64,000 bases of DNA from an uncultured virus (IMG/VR IMGVR_UViG_3300023180_000044) (taxonomy: Duplodnaviria; Heunggongvirae; Uroviricota; Caudoviricetes), in the IMG/VR virus record IMGVR_UViG_3300023180_000044; one strand, given 5' to 3'. Position numbers and translations under genes: made by a program. The notes below the pieces were generated by a model, which made no database searches, had not been told where the DNA came from, and saw only the letters and a program-made list of their open reading frames with translations. Shown piece after piece: positions 50,860 to 62,900 of this stretch (within the stretch, counting starts at the first letter, position 1; each line of letters starts with the position of its first letter).

Positions 50860-53616
50860 TTAAATTACTTGAACCCATCCAATTGAATTACCCTTGAAGA
50901 TGTAGATACCTTCGTCTCCATCAGTCTGGTACACCATAAGACCTTGAACACCTGTTAAACTACCTCTCTGAGTTTCCGTCATTCTTGGGAATAAGAAACC
51001 TTTCTCTGTTGACGCAATCTCTAAGACCGCACTTGAGTTAGGTGTAGCTACCCCAATACCAACAGAATTATTAGTATTATTAACATTAAATGTATCACCG
51101 TCAACAGAGAAGTCACCACCCGTAAATGATAATGAGTTAGTATTCTGTGTAACAGTTCTAGCACCTGTTAATGTACCGTCAGTCGTGTAGATGTTGTCAA
51201 CGTTAGTATTATCAATAGTGATGTCTAACGTTCCTGAACCACCTGAAACTACAACTGAGTTATCAGAAGATATAATGTCTAATGTTCCGTTCAACGCGAT
51301 TGCTGGGTCAGAACCTGTAGTACCATTGAATGTAATAGTGTTATTATCAATAGCAGAACCATCAATGTTCACACTTGACGCTGCAGTCAAACGACCTTGA
51401 GCATCTACAGTAAACGTACCAACAGCACTTGCAGAACCGTATGAACTAGCAGTTACAGTAGTATTAGTCAATGATGCACTTACACTCGCACCTGCAGTAA
51501 CAGTAAAGTCAATTCCTGTTCCATCCACAAAGTTTCCTGATTGGAAGATTGCTGTTTCAGCAGAAGTTGCGAAGTCAGATACTTGAGAAGCTACGATATC
51601 AATAGTTGTACTACCAGCCGCAGTCAAACGACCTTGTTGGTCAACTGTGAATGTAGCAACTGAGTCAGCAGCACCGTAAGAACCCGGAGTCACCGCAGTG
51701 TCATCTAAATCTACTGTGTAAGTACCTGAAGTAACACTAACCGTGATACCATCCGCACCATTAACTGTTAATGTATCACCTAAACCAACAGAACCAGAAC
51801 CTGAATCCGCAGCTAATGTAATAGAATCATTATCCAAATCGATTGAGATTGAACCATCACCATTATCAGTTGTACTAATACCTGTACCACCGTTAAGTGT
51901 TAGTGTATCTCCCAAGTAAAGAGTATTTGTACCTGAATCACCAGCAGTGTCTAATGAGAAACCAGTAATATCAACATTTTGACCGTCATTACGTGATAAT
52001 CTTAATGTACCATCTACAGGTGAATTGATAGTACCACTAGTAACAAATGTATCATCACCATCAGTCAAGCTGAAGTCAAACTCACCTGAACCGTTATCAG
52101 AAATAACTACAGAACTATCAGATGAAATAAGTTTCAAGTCACCACCTAAAGAGATAGAACCTGTACCTGTAGTTCCTGATGTATTAATTGATGAGAACTC
52201 TAATTTAGCATTAGTTACATCACCATCAGCAATTTTTGCAGTGGTAACAGCTCCGTCAACCAACTCAGCAGTGTCTACTGTGTTAGCCTCTAAAGAAGCA
52301 TTTAATGTAACATTTGCAGAACCATCAAAAGTAATATTACCCGATAAGTCAGTTCCCAATGCTAATTCAATACCACTTTCCCATGCACTTGAAGTATCAG
52401 CATTACCTACTAAATCACCTGTGAATGTAGTAGCAGTAATTCCAACCATTCCATTAATAGAAGTAATTGCAGTAGCACCTAATACAACTTCAGTAGAACC
52501 TAAAGTTACACTATCATTTACTAACTTATCATTAGCAATGCTTCCTGCTAACATATCGTTAGTAATAGAAGAATTTTTGATTCCCGCTGTTACACTTGCA
52601 CCTGCAGTAACTGTAAAATCAATCTCACTTGAATCTACGAAGTTAGCATCTTCAAATACTGAAGATAATACTGAAGAATCGAAGTCAGAAACTTGAGAAG
52701 CAGTAATATCAATTGTAACATCAGAAGCCGCAACTAAACGACCTTGAGAGTCAACTGTGAATGTAGCAACTGTATCAGCCGCACCATACGCACCTTGAGT
52801 TACTGCAGTGTTGTCAAGAATTACTGTTACTGAACCTGGATTTGCTCCGTCAGTATTAACTGTCATACCTGTACCACCAACGAATGTTAAAGTATCACCC
52901 ATTTCGATAGTACCACCACCTGTGTTATCACCATCAATATCAAAAGAGAATCCTGTAACAACTACATCGTTATTGTCATTTCTTACTAAAGTAAGTGTTT
53001 CACCAACAACAGTACCACCAGTTACGTAAGTATCAGAACCTTCAAAACCTGAAATTACGATATTGCTTTCAGCACCACCGTTAATTACTAATGTTAATTC
53101 GTCACTACCAGCATTGTAAGAACCACCAGTAATGAAAGGTAATTCGAAGTTACCAGATACTGAACCAGTACCAGAAGCATTAATTCCCCAATCGTTGTAA
53201 GATAAACTTGTTAAAGCATCTACTGTGATGTCAGCTCCGAATGTACCTGAACCTTCGTAAGAAATTACGTTTGAACCAATTGTCAAACCTGTTATCGCAT
53301 CAACCGTTAAGTTGGTTGTGCTCCCGTCACTATCTGTTAATGTGATTACGTTATCCGTAATCGAACCAGCAACTACTACATCTCCTCTTGTACCTACGAC
53401 ACCACTGCCGTCGATTGTCATGATGTTTGCATCAGAACCAGATTGTAATCCCGTAATCGTTAACGGGTCAGTTGCACCCGAGATGTGAACAATAGAACTT
53501 GGCGATAGTGTACCAAAACCCCAATTTCCTGAATTGTCTACAAGACCTCTTTCAATACTATTGGTAGTAAAAATGAGTTTGTTCGCACTCGTGTAATTTA
53601 AACCATTTACAGCCAT
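50860..53616 (-). CDS. Tail fibre-like beta-repeat protein
   Basis: Three YG...TFTVDxQGRL repeats; C-terminal GFLFPRMT...GLMVYQTD domain. Confidence 0.75.
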   Translation of the reverse strand: MAVNGLNYTSANKLIFTTNSIERGLVDNSGNWGFGTLSPSSIVHISGATDPLTITGLQSGSDANIMTIDGSGVVGTRGDVVVAGSITDNVITLTDSDGSTTNLTVDAITGLTIGSNVISYEGSGTFGADITVDALTSLSYNDWGINASGTGSVSGNFELPFITGGSYNAGSDELTLVINGGAESNIVISGFEGSDTYVTGGTVVGETLTLVRNDNNDVVVTGFSFDIDGDNTGGGTIEMGDTLTFVGGTGMTVNTDGANPGSVTVILDNTAVTQGAYGAADTVATFTVDSQGRLVAASDVTIDITASQVSDFDSSVLSSVFEDANFVDSSEIDFTVTAGASVTAGIKNSSITNDMLAGSIANDKLVNDSVTLGSTEVVLGATAITSINGMVGITATTFTGDLVGNADTSSAWESGIELALGTDLSGNITFDGSANVTLNASLEANTVDTAELVDGAVTTAKIADGDVTNAKLEFSSINTSGTTGTGSISLGGDLKLISSDSSVVISDNGSGEFDFSLTDGDDTFVTSGTINSPVDGTLRLSRNDGQNVDITGFSLDTAGDSGTNTLYLGDTLTLNGGTGISTTDNGDGSISIDLDNDSITLAADSGSGSVGLGDTLTVNGADGITVSVTSGTYTVDLDDTAVTPGSYGAADSVATFTVDQQGRLTAAGSTTIDIVASQVSDFATSAETAIFQSGNFVDGTGIDFTVTAGASVSASLTNTTVTASSYGSASAVGTFTVDAQGRLTAASSVNIDGSAIDNNTITFNGTTGSDPAIALNGTLDIISSDNSVVVSGGSGTLDITIDNTNVDNIYTTDGTLTGARTVTQNTNSLSFTGGDFSVDGDTFNVNNTNNSVGIGVATPNSSAVLEIASTEKGFLFPRMTETQRGSLTGVQGLMVYQTDGDEGIYIFKGNSIGWVQVI

Positions 53617-53660
53617 TTTAATTTTTTTTAGCTAGTTTATTTATTCCTTATAAAAAAGGC

Positions 53661-55652
53661 TTATAGAACGTTCACCCATCCGTTGGACTTATACATGAAC
53701 ATACCTTCCTGACCACTAGCGTCAGTATTAGTACAATAAACAAGAAGTCCTGGAAGTGGAGTATCAATAGCGAGTCTCTGTTCTTGAGTCATTCTTGGAA
53801 TAAGAAGACCTTGAGATTCACTTGCAAGTTCTAATAGTGCACATGTTGGAGAAGTAGTATTTCTACCCATTGAAACTGACCCACCACTAAAGACTAAGTC
53901 ATTTCCTGATTGGTCCACAACTCTACGACCTGTTAATTCACCGTCAGAGTTGTAGATACTGATATCCGCTTGAGAAATACCTGTGATGTTAACTTGACCA
54001 CCTGTATTATCTAATAATGAGATGGTACCAGCACTATATGTACCACCTGTAATTTCAGGTGCAAATCCTGTAACGTTAAACTCTGTATCGTCACTCATAC
54101 CTAAAGTAAGAGTTGTCGGAGTGTAAGTTGCACCTGTTAAGTATGTGTCATCAGAGTCAAAACCTGAAATGGTAATATCCGATTCTGAAGACCCGTTTAA
54201 GTTAAGAGTTAATGTTCCGTTGTTGTATGTACCCGCAGTTACGAATGGTAATTCAATCGAACTAAATGGAACACCCGTTGAAGAACCTGAAAGACCCCAA
54301 TCACCGTCGTATCCTAATGCTGTGATAGCATCAACTGATAATAATGATTGACTTCCGTCGTTTAATGTAACTGTGAAGTTATTACCTGATTCGGTAATTG
54401 TTTTAACGTAAGACCATCCACCGGCACCAACTGTATTTCCATCATTTCTTAATAATGTTAAAATACCTGTAGCTTCTGTGAATGTGGCTCCTGTAACGTA
54501 AATATCTGAAGTTTCAGGAAGTGTAATAGTAACAGTCCCTAAACCATCAGCCATGTTAAGGTTTAACTCACCCGCAACAGAAGTACCGCCTGTAATAAAT
54601 GGAAGTGTTGTTGTTCCTGAAGTTCCGTTTGTATTGTTTGTAGTTAGTCCCCACTCACCGTTGTAAGAAATACCTGAGATTGCAACATCACTTGAGAAGT
54701 TGTTGTAAGAAACATTACCATTTACATCAATTACCAATGCTCTGTTGTCAGAACTTTGACTTATACCTTGGAATTGAATACTACCTCCTGTTGCAGCACT
54801 TAACACCAACTCACTTGAACGTAGAGATAATCTTTCTCCACCTCCACCGATAATATCAAAATCATTACCATTTAATGATAATGTTCTTGTGCTATCGATT
54901 ACTAAGTTTGTGTTGGCTATGTTCTGACCTGTTACCCCCGTGATGTTTACTGTAGACCCAGTATTGTTTGTTAACTCTAAGGTTGCAGTATTTGTCGTGT
55001 AGGTACCTCCTGTAATATATGTATCAGAACCGCCACCTGTTGTGAAACCTGTTACGTCAAAGGTTCCACCTGTAGTGTTTGTAAATGTTGCAGTACCATT
55101 TGAGTAGGTACCACCCGTTACCGTGATATCGGTCCCGTAGAAAACTTTCCATCTTGCATTCTCTCTTGTAACACCACTAACACCTTCAATTGATGAGTCT
55201 AACCAAGCATCAATGAAGTCAGCACCACCAGCACTTTGTGTCGTTACACTGTAACCGTATGTCGTTTCACTTGTTGAACCACTTGCAGCGTCCCATAATT
55301 CTTCAAAATTAGGTATAGTATATTGGTAAGTAAGTTGTGTTTCGTGAACGAAAACTAACATACCTAATCTTCTACGTCCTGAAGATATACCGTCTGAATT
55401 AAGAGAAATGGTATCAGGTAAGAAAGCAAGGTTTCTAACTGAATAATTTATCGGAATGGAATTACCAGAATATTGAATAAGACCTGTTGTTCCCGCAGGA
55501 ATCGTATAGATGAGGTCATTAACGGTATACACCTCCATGTAACCACCGGTCTGTAGAACGCTAAAATTAGTCCCAAAAACCTTGTTTCTAGCAACCGATT
55601 CTTGGTTTGTTAACTGTGTGGATGTAAGAGGATTTTTGTATATGAAACTCAT
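53661..55652 (-). CDS. Tail fibre-like protein with TGGTY repeats
   Basis: Repeated (I/V)TG(G/A)T(Y/F); RRLGMLVFV; C-terminal GLLIPRMT...GLLVY domain paralogous to that of 50860-53616. Confidence 0.7.
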   Translation of the reverse strand: MSFIYKNPLTSTQLTNQESVARNKVFGTNFSVLQTGGYMEVYTVNDLIYTIPAGTTGLIQYSGNSIPINYSVRNLAFLPDTISLNSDGISSGRRRLGMLVFVHETQLTYQYTIPNFEELWDAASGSTSETTYGYSVTTQSAGGADFIDAWLDSSIEGVSGVTRENARWKVFYGTDITVTGGTYSNGTATFTNTTGGTFDVTGFTTGGGSDTYITGGTYTTNTATLELTNNTGSTVNITGVTGQNIANTNLVIDSTRTLSLNGNDFDIIGGGGERLSLRSSELVLSAATGGSIQFQGISQSSDNRALVIDVNGNVSYNNFSSDVAISGISYNGEWGLTTNNTNGTSGTTTLPFITGGTSVAGELNLNMADGLGTVTITLPETSDIYVTGATFTEATGILTLLRNDGNTVGAGGWSYVKTITESGNNFTVTLNDGSQSLLSVDAITALGYDGDWGLSGSSTGVPFSSIELPFVTAGTYNNGTLTLNLNGSSESDITISGFDSDDTYLTGATYTPTTLTLGMSDDTEFNVTGFAPEITGGTYSAGTISLLDNTGGQVNITGISQADISIYNSDGELTGRRVVDQSGNDLVFSGGSVSMGRNTTSPTCALLELASESQGLLIPRMTQEQRLAIDTPLPGLLVYCTNTDASGQEGMFMYKSNGWVNVL

Positions 55653-55709
55653 CTTATTTTTCTTTAACTATAAATACTTTATTAATTCTCAAGAGTATAT
55701 TTTTTTTCA

Positions 55710-58700
55710 TTACGCAACTGTATTTCCTTTGAAGTAAATCGTTTCACTCGAGTTGTCAAAGAAGAACCCTGAACCCGTAACATTTGTTGTATATACTCTA
55801 TACGAACCTGGCAAGAAGTGTCCACCTGGATTGACTACTGGTCCAAGTGCGAATAGACCTGGGTCCATAACCTCTTGTGCGAACGTATTAGGTCCTTGTC
55901 CAAATGAGAAATCTACAATTGTTTGTCTATTTCCTGAACTTGTTCCACCAATAGAATCATCAGGAATTAATAATGTGTAATATCCATCTCCAGGTGCCGT
56001 ACCAGGACTAACCTCCATAGTTTCAAAATTCCATCTTATAATGGAGTTACCGAATGAGTCAACACCTCCGCTTGATTGTGGTATTGGTGAAGATATAATT
56101 GCAGGAACATTTCCTACACCAGCATTTAAGTTATAGAAGCTCAAGTAATCAATAATATCTTGAGTTTGTGTAATTACAGAAGCATTTGAGTATCCGTAGA
56201 AGTTAAAGTTACCTCTAGTGTTAAACATGTAGTTACCAATTTCAGCACCTATTGAACTCGGTTCAATAATCAAATATGCCGGAGGTAAGGACGCTTGCGA
56301 CGGACTAACTGATGGAGTCACTGTCGGTGTCGGTGTCAACGATGTTGACGGTGTCACCGATGGAGTTGGCGTATGTGTCGGAGTAGCCGATATTGACGGT
56401 GTCACCGATGGTGTTGGTGATGGTGTTGGTGTTGACGTTCCACCAGGTGTAGTTGGTGTCGGTGTCACCTCAGCCGTTTGTGTAGGTGTTTGTGTTGGAG
56501 TTGGAGTTACAGGTGTCGGACAATCTGCAATATCTCTAATTAAACCACTATTATCAATTTGGAATTTAACAACACCTATAAAACCTGCGTTGTCTTCAGC
56601 ATCATACCATAGGTCTGCACCTTGGAATGGTGTTGTCAATCCTGGGTCAACAAATACAAAGTCCCCGATTTGAGCCGCCGTCACAGTGTTGAAATCATTG
56701 CTATAAACTGCATCGTTTACAGGTTGACATTCTAAGTTCGAATCAGGTGCACCACCGCTAGGACCCGCGTTAAAGAAGAACTCAATAGTCTCAGCAGGTG
56801 TTGGTGATGGAGTATTTGTCGGTGTCGGCTCTGGAGTTGAAGACGGAGTCTTAGTTGGGCCAGGAGTTTGAGTAACTGTAGAAGTTGGTGTAACCGCCGG
56901 TGTTGCCGTTGGAGTTGGAGTTACAGGTGTCGGACAATCCGCAATATCTCTAATTCTACCTGTATTCTCAATTTGGAACTTAACTGTTCCAATGAAACCT
57001 GCAGTATTTTCAGCATCATACCATAAGTTAGCTCCCGCGAATGGAGTTGTTAATCCTGGGTCAAGGAATACGAAGTCACCGATTTGTGCGTTTCCTACAG
57101 GTCCGAAGTCATTAGTATAAACTAAGGCATCTACAGGTTGACATTCCTGACTTGAATCAGGGAAACCTGCACCTTGAGTAGCATTTAAGTAGAACTCAAT
57201 AGTCGCAGCTGGACTTGGTGTCGGAGTGCTCGTTTGTGTTGGTTCTGGCGTTGAAGACGGAGTCTTAGTTGGACCAGGAGTCTGAGTAACTGTCGAAGTT
57301 GGTGTAACCGCCGGTGTTGCCGTTGGAGTTGGAGTAACAGGTGTTGGACATTCTGCGATGTCTCTAATTCTACCTGTATCTTCAATTTGGAACTTAACTG
57401 TTCCAACAAATCCTGCAGTGTTCTCAGCGTCATACCATAAGTTAGCCCCTGCAAATGGAGTTGTCAATCCTGGGTCAACAAATACGAAGTCTCCAATTTG
57501 TGCATTACCCACAGGACCAAAGTCATTAGTGTAAACTAAAGCATCTACAGGTTGACAATCTAAGTTCGAATCAGGTGAACCTGCACCTGCCGCTTCATTT
57601 AAGTAGAACTCAGTAGTCTCAGCCGGTGTTGATGACGGAGTATTTGTCGGTGTTGGCTCTGGAGTTGAAGACGGAGTCTTAGTTGGACCAGGAGTCTGAG
57701 TAACTGTCGAAGTTGGTGTCACATCAGGAGTTGAAGTTACCGTAGGAGTAACCGTAACCTGAGGAGTTCCTGATGGAGTTGAAGTCAACGTTGGAGTTGG
57801 TGACAACTCAACAGTTGTAGATGGTGTAGGTGAATTAGTAACTGTCTGTGTTAATGTTGGAGTTTGTGTTGGAGTTTCAAACGGTGTTGCGGTAAAGTCA
57901 GGCGTCGGAGCCGGAGTTGTCGACGGAGTAACTGTCTGTGTTAATGTTGGAGTTTGTGTTGGGGTTGATGTTGCAGTTGCAGTTGGAGTTACCTCAGCCG
58001 TTTGTGTTGGTGTACTAGTACTTGTCGGTGTTACCGCAGGAGTCTCAGACGGAGTCGCTGAAGGTGTCACTGTTGGAGTTGATGTAGATGCCGGCGTTGA
58101 TGTCGGAGTATTTGAAGCTGTCGGAGTTACCGTAGCTTGAGGAGTACTAGTTGGCGTCGCAGTTGGACTTACAGTCGCAGTAATAGTAGGAGTAAGAGTT
58201 GGACTAACACTTATTGATGGTGTTACCGATGGTGTTGGACTATGTGTTGGTGTTGGTGTTTGACTAACATCTGCAGTGTTAGACGGAGTAGGTGTTACTG
58301 TAGATTGTGGTGTGCTAGATGGTGACTGAGTTACTGTTGGTGTAACTGTTGCCGTCGGAGTAGACGTAGAAACAGGTGTTTGTGTAGGTGTCGGGGTATT
58401 TGAAGCAGTTACTGTTGGTGTGTTAGTTGAAGTTGCAACAGGAGTTCCTGTCGGTGTTGAACTAACCGTCACAGTTGGCGTTGCAGTTGCTTGTGGCGTA
58501 TTTGTTGGAGTGTTAGATGGCGTTACTGTTACAGTTGCTTGTGGAGTAGATGTCGGTGTAGAAGTAGCGGTTGGACTCACACTTACTGATGGAGTAACTG
58601 AAGGAGTCGCACTATGAGTTGGCGTTGGTGTTTGACTTACACCCGCAGTATTAGATGGTGTAGGTGTCGGAGTATTAGTGGCAGTGTTGGATGGTGTAAC

Positions 58701-59774
58701 CGCAGGTGTCGAACTTGGAGTTGCAGTCGGAGTAGTCGTTACACCAGTAATTGTCTGTGTCGGAGTTTGTGTCAATGTTGGTGTCGGAGTTTGTGTTACA
58801 CCAGTAATTGTCTGTGTTGGTGTAACAGTAATTCCTGTAAATGTACTAGAAGGCGTTATTGTCGGAGTCGTAGTTAAAGTTGGTGTTGCAGTGGCAAATG
58901 GTGTAGCGGTAATATCAGGAGTGACTGCAGGTGTTGAACTTGGAGTTGCAGTTGGAGTTGTAGTTACACCTGTAATTGTCTGTGTTGGTGTAACAGTAAT
59001 TCCTGTAAATGTACTAGAAGGCGTTATCGTCGGTGTTGAAGTAATTCCTGTAAATGTACTAGAAGGCGTTATCGTCGGTGTTGAAGTAATTCCTGTAAAT
59101 GTAGATGATGGTGTTGGAGTAGGCGTAATACCAGCAAAAGTAGATGTCGGAGTCATCGTTGGCGTAATCGTTGGTGTTGCAGACGGTGCAAATGTTGGTG
59201 TTGGTGTAGGAGTTGGGAATACATAGTTGAAATTAGCACTGAAAACATACTCAGAAGCACCTGTAGTTGTAAAGGTAACGCCCGAGAATGTTGAACTGTA
59301 ATCTAATAAGTTGAAGTCAGCACCCGAATCAGAAACAACAGTAGAACCTGTAGTTCCACCTTCAGGAATAAAAATACTTGCATTCAATACAACAGGGTCA
59401 CCTGAAGTAACACCTAAGACGTTAACAAAATCAAATTCTACTCTCTTATCGACGGCATATCTTGCACGTGCAAAGTAAGTGGCAACAACCGAACCTGGTT
59501 CATAGGTCGCAGTCAAATCGATAATATCTGAATTACCTGTAAGTGTGAATCTCTTAGTGATAGTTTGGTCCTCACAACCTGGTTGAAGATTTTCAAAAAT
59601 CAACGTATAGCTTGTACCATTTGGCTCTGCAGGGAAATCATAGGGAATACCCGCAACTAATTGGTCCCTTGTCTTATTGGACAGAATCGGGGAAGTGGCT
59701 GTGGAGCCTGTATATATGTTAAATGGACCAACCGCATTAGTATCAAGGGTTAATCGTAATATTACTTGAGCCAT
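55710..59774 (-). CDS. Mucin-like Thr/Pro-rich protein with three tandem ~85 aa domains
   Basis: >500 aa continuous T/P/S/A/V tract; three copies of CQPV...[23 protein letters not shown]...IRDIA.CP. Confidence 0.8.
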   Translation of the reverse strand: MAQVILRLTLDTNAVGPFNIYTGSTATSPILSNKTRDQLVAGIPYDFPAEPNGTSYTLIFENLQPGCEDQTITKRFTLTGNSDIIDLTATYEPGSVVATYFARARYAVDKRVEFDFVNVLGVTSGDPVVLNASIFIPEGGTTGSTVVSDSGADFNLLDYSSTFSGVTFTTTGASEYVFSANFNYVFPTPTPTPTFAPSATPTITPTMTPTSTFAGITPTPTPSSTFTGITSTPTITPSSTFTGITSTPTITPSSTFTGITVTPTQTITGVTTTPTATPSSTPAVTPDITATPFATATPTLTTTPTITPSSTFTGITVTPTQTITGVTQTPTPTLTQTPTQTITGVTTTPTATPSSTPAVTPSNTATNTPTPTPSNTAGVSQTPTPTHSATPSVTPSVSVSPTATSTPTSTPQATVTVTPSNTPTNTPQATATPTVTVSSTPTGTPVATSTNTPTVTASNTPTPTQTPVSTSTPTATVTPTVTQSPSSTPQSTVTPTPSNTADVSQTPTPTHSPTPSVTPSISVSPTLTPTITATVSPTATPTSTPQATVTPTASNTPTSTPASTSTPTVTPSATPSETPAVTPTSTSTPTQTAEVTPTATATSTPTQTPTLTQTVTPSTTPAPTPDFTATPFETPTQTPTLTQTVTNSPTPSTTVELSPTPTLTSTPSGTPQVTVTPTVTSTPDVTPTSTVTQTPGPTKTPSSTPEPTPTNTPSSTPAETTEFYLNEAAGAGSPDSNLDCQPVDALVYTNDFGPVGNAQIGDFVFVDPGLTTPFAGANLWYDAENTAGFVGTVKFQIEDTGRIRDIAECPTPVTPTPTATPAVTPTSTVTQTPGPTKTPSSTPEPTQTSTPTPSPAATIEFYLNATQGAGFPDSSQECQPVDALVYTNDFGPVGNAQIGDFVFLDPGLTTPFAGANLWYDAENTAGFIGTVKFQIENTGRIRDIADCPTPVTPTPTATPAVTPTSTVTQTPGPTKTPSSTPEPTPTNTPSPTPAETIEFFFNAGPSGGAPDSNLECQPVNDAVYSNDFNTVTAAQIGDFVFVDPGLTTPFQGADLWYDAEDNAGFIGVVKFQIDNSGLIRDIADCPTPVTPTPTQTPTQTAEVTPTPTTPGGTSTPTPSPTPSVTPSISATPTHTPTPSVTPSTSLTPTPTVTPSVSPSQASLPPAYLIIEPSSIGAEIGNYMFNTRGNFNFYGYSNASVITQTQDIIDYLSFYNLNAGVGNVPAIISSPIPQSSGGVDSFGNSIIRWNFETMEVSPGTAPGDGYYTLLIPDDSIGGTSSGNRQTIVDFSFGQGPNTFAQEVMDPGLFALGPVVNPGGHFLPGSYRVYTTNVTGSGFFFDNSSETIYFKGNTVA

Positions 59775-59953
59775 CTATTCTTTTTTCTTTTATAATAAAT
59801 ACCTTAACTTTATTAAAGTTTTGGTTAATACCTTTACTTTTTAAAAATTTGTTTACTTTTAAAAAATTTTGGTACTGTCTTTATAAATAGTTTATCTTAA
59901 TTAAATCTTCTTCTGAAATTTTATAATTTATCTCAGAAAAAGAAATACATCCC

Positions 59954-62900
59954 TTATGGAAGGTTTGGCACGAACATAAATACCGTTTCAGCATCACCAG
60001 GTGTTTCATTACAAATAGGGATGTTATACCCCAAATTGTTAAGTGCTGTTATAATTAGGTTTGTGTAGTATTGTGCGGTATCACCATTCACAACATCATA
60101 TGTATTATGTATTTGTGTCTTACCCGAAAGACCATATTCACCAACATATTGACCCTCTCCATTCTCAACGGATTGTAATAATGTTTTAAAAGCTAGACCC
60201 AGAGGATTATCAGGATTATCATTGGGTCTATTCACTTGGAAATATTCCCCACGTATATAATTTGAATTATTATTTTCTATAACCGACCTAAGAGTTGTAA
60301 TATCCTCATTAAAAGACTCAGTCCTTTCTGTTTCATTAGTCCATGTCTTGGCGCTGAAAATATATGGCGGAGATGCTTCATCTTGGAATACCAAATTAAT
60401 AACCTTAGTAATAGCAGGCGAGCTACCCTCAGTTGCTAACAGTTTATACCCTCTTTCATAACTGTTCGATATATCTGAAAAGTTTCTAACCCTAACCCTT
60501 TGGTCATATAATCTTGAATCATTACCATAGAAAGGTAATAAACAAGGTTTAAGTATTGTAGACGCCATAATATTTAATGGTGTCTCTGTGCTTGTCATAG
60601 AACCTGAATTGTCAAAGAATATATTAATTTCAGTTTCCTCATCAACCTCCATCGGAGGTAAACCACAATCAATCACATAATCAATCTTTAAATCAATGGT
60701 TAACCTTTCATTTGATGAACATTCACCTGTAATCGATATTGTATTCTCGAACACATCAACCTCAACGTGTCCAATACCTGTAATTCCACTTAATACTCCC
60801 TCAATGGTTTCACCCCACAAACTATCTGACGGGTAATCATTTAACGTATATCCTGTATAGAATGGACCTTCATAGGTATTTCCACTAAATTCAATCACAT
60901 AATTGAATATAGCACTTACTAACACACAATTTGTTGAACCACTTGAAATATCTAAGAATCCTTCGTTTAACATACTGTGAATCGACCTCTTAGTGTATGT
61001 TGTAGTAAATTGGTCCTCACAAACCTGAACCAATTGGTAGTCACCAATATTTTGGTTGGTACACAATACCGTTGATGATGTCGTTCCTGAACATCCGTTC
61101 GCATCGGTCACAGTAACTGAATATGTACCAGCTCCTAATCCGGTAATTGATTGTGTCGTATTACCGTTTGACCATAAGTAGGTAAATGGTGCAACACCAC
61201 TAACAGGCTGAGCCGTTAGTGTGGCAGCACTTTGTGGGGTACACTCTTCTTTTGCAATTGATACAGTTACACCTGGCGTTCCTGAGATTACAAAGTTCTC
61301 TTCGATACTACAGTTGTCACCATCAACAACTCTTATCGTATATGTTCCCTGTGGTAAATTGTTAAATGTGTAAGAACTAAATCCAACATCCAATAAAACC
61401 TGTCCGTTACTCAAAATATAATCTAACGGTGAAGTGTAACCTGCACCAACAGTAATTGTTGCCGAACCATTAAGATTACCACAAGACTCATCAACCGTTG
61501 TTGCTGAAACAGTAAACTTAGGAGTTACTGATACAACAATATCCTCTGAGTAAACACATCCACGTGCACTTTCAATAGTTAAGGTGTAGGTATCGTCAGT
61601 TAAGTTAGGGAATTGCTGATTTAAATTGCTACTTGTAATTGTTGATTGGTAACCATTGGTCTGACCTGACAATTTATAGGTAAATGGATTACCATCACCT
61701 TGTAGATAAACTGTTAATGTTGCCTCACTACCACAATTTATATACGCTAAGTTCCAATTTACAGATTCAATACCTCCTAACGATGGTATTGCACTTTGTA
61801 TTAACAATTGACAACCGTAGTCATCAGTAACTAAAACGTCATAACCTCCAGTTGATAAACCTGTAAAGGTAAACGTTGTATTTGATGAGGTTCCTGATTG
61901 ACCATCCGAACCTTGGTATAGGTAAGGTGCGGTTCCACCTGAGATATTAACCTCAATCTCTCCATCTGCACTTAAACAATTAGCCGCAACCACATTAACC
62001 GACAACTCACCTAAGGCATTGTCTGAATTAATAGCAATTGACTTCGTTAATTGACAATCATTGGCGTCGGTTACTGTAACTGAGTAACTTCCAACACTTA
62101 ATCCTGTGATGGTATCACCTGTTGCCCCGTTTGACCATAGGTAAGTGTAAGGTGGTTGACCTGTAAGTCCTGTAATACCAGCTTCACCCGTGTTAAATCC
62201 ACATTGTGACGTTGATTGACCTGATAAACCAAAGTCTAAGGTAGATGTTCCACTGATAGTCACCGTTTGAGTCTGTGCGGTTGCGCCACCGAAGTCAGTA
62301 ACAATCGCATAATAGTCACCATTTGGTAAATTATTAAATGAATATGGGTTATTCACCAAATTAACGGTAGTATAACTAACAGAATCTTTAAATAACTCAA
62401 TATTTTGAGGAATTGATAACGAATCACCACTCACACTCAAATATCCATTATCCTGAGAACATGTGGTACCTGAATAGTCGTCAATGATTGCATCCAAACA
62501 TCCATCAACCCAAACTGAGATTAACGCCGTCTGATTTGGAGAAGCACTATCAGTCAACGTGAACACATAATTACCTTCTGTAAGACCTGTAAACTCAAAC
62601 GGGTAATATGATGTTGAGTTAGGTAATGTACCGGGAACACTATTCACTATTGAGAATGGTGGGACACCTTGAGTTGGTGTAATAATTATCTCACCACCAC
62701 TTGGATTATCACACGTTCCTGAAACTATTAAGTCATATTGAATTGGACCATAGTTACAGTCTTGTGTTGTTGGCGTAAAGTTTACAGTAATACCACTGTA
62801 ATTGAAACTTGTATCAATAGTTACCGCATCACCAATAGAATTACCAGATTGATAGAAACCACAACAGTCAATATAGAAATAACTACCGTTGGTGCTGCCT

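Noticed and set aside
47817..59774. Diversity-generating retroelement acting on fibre genes
   Set aside because: No reverse transcriptase in the window, and the duplicated blocks are in-frame with mostly synonymous differences rather than adenine-specific ones.
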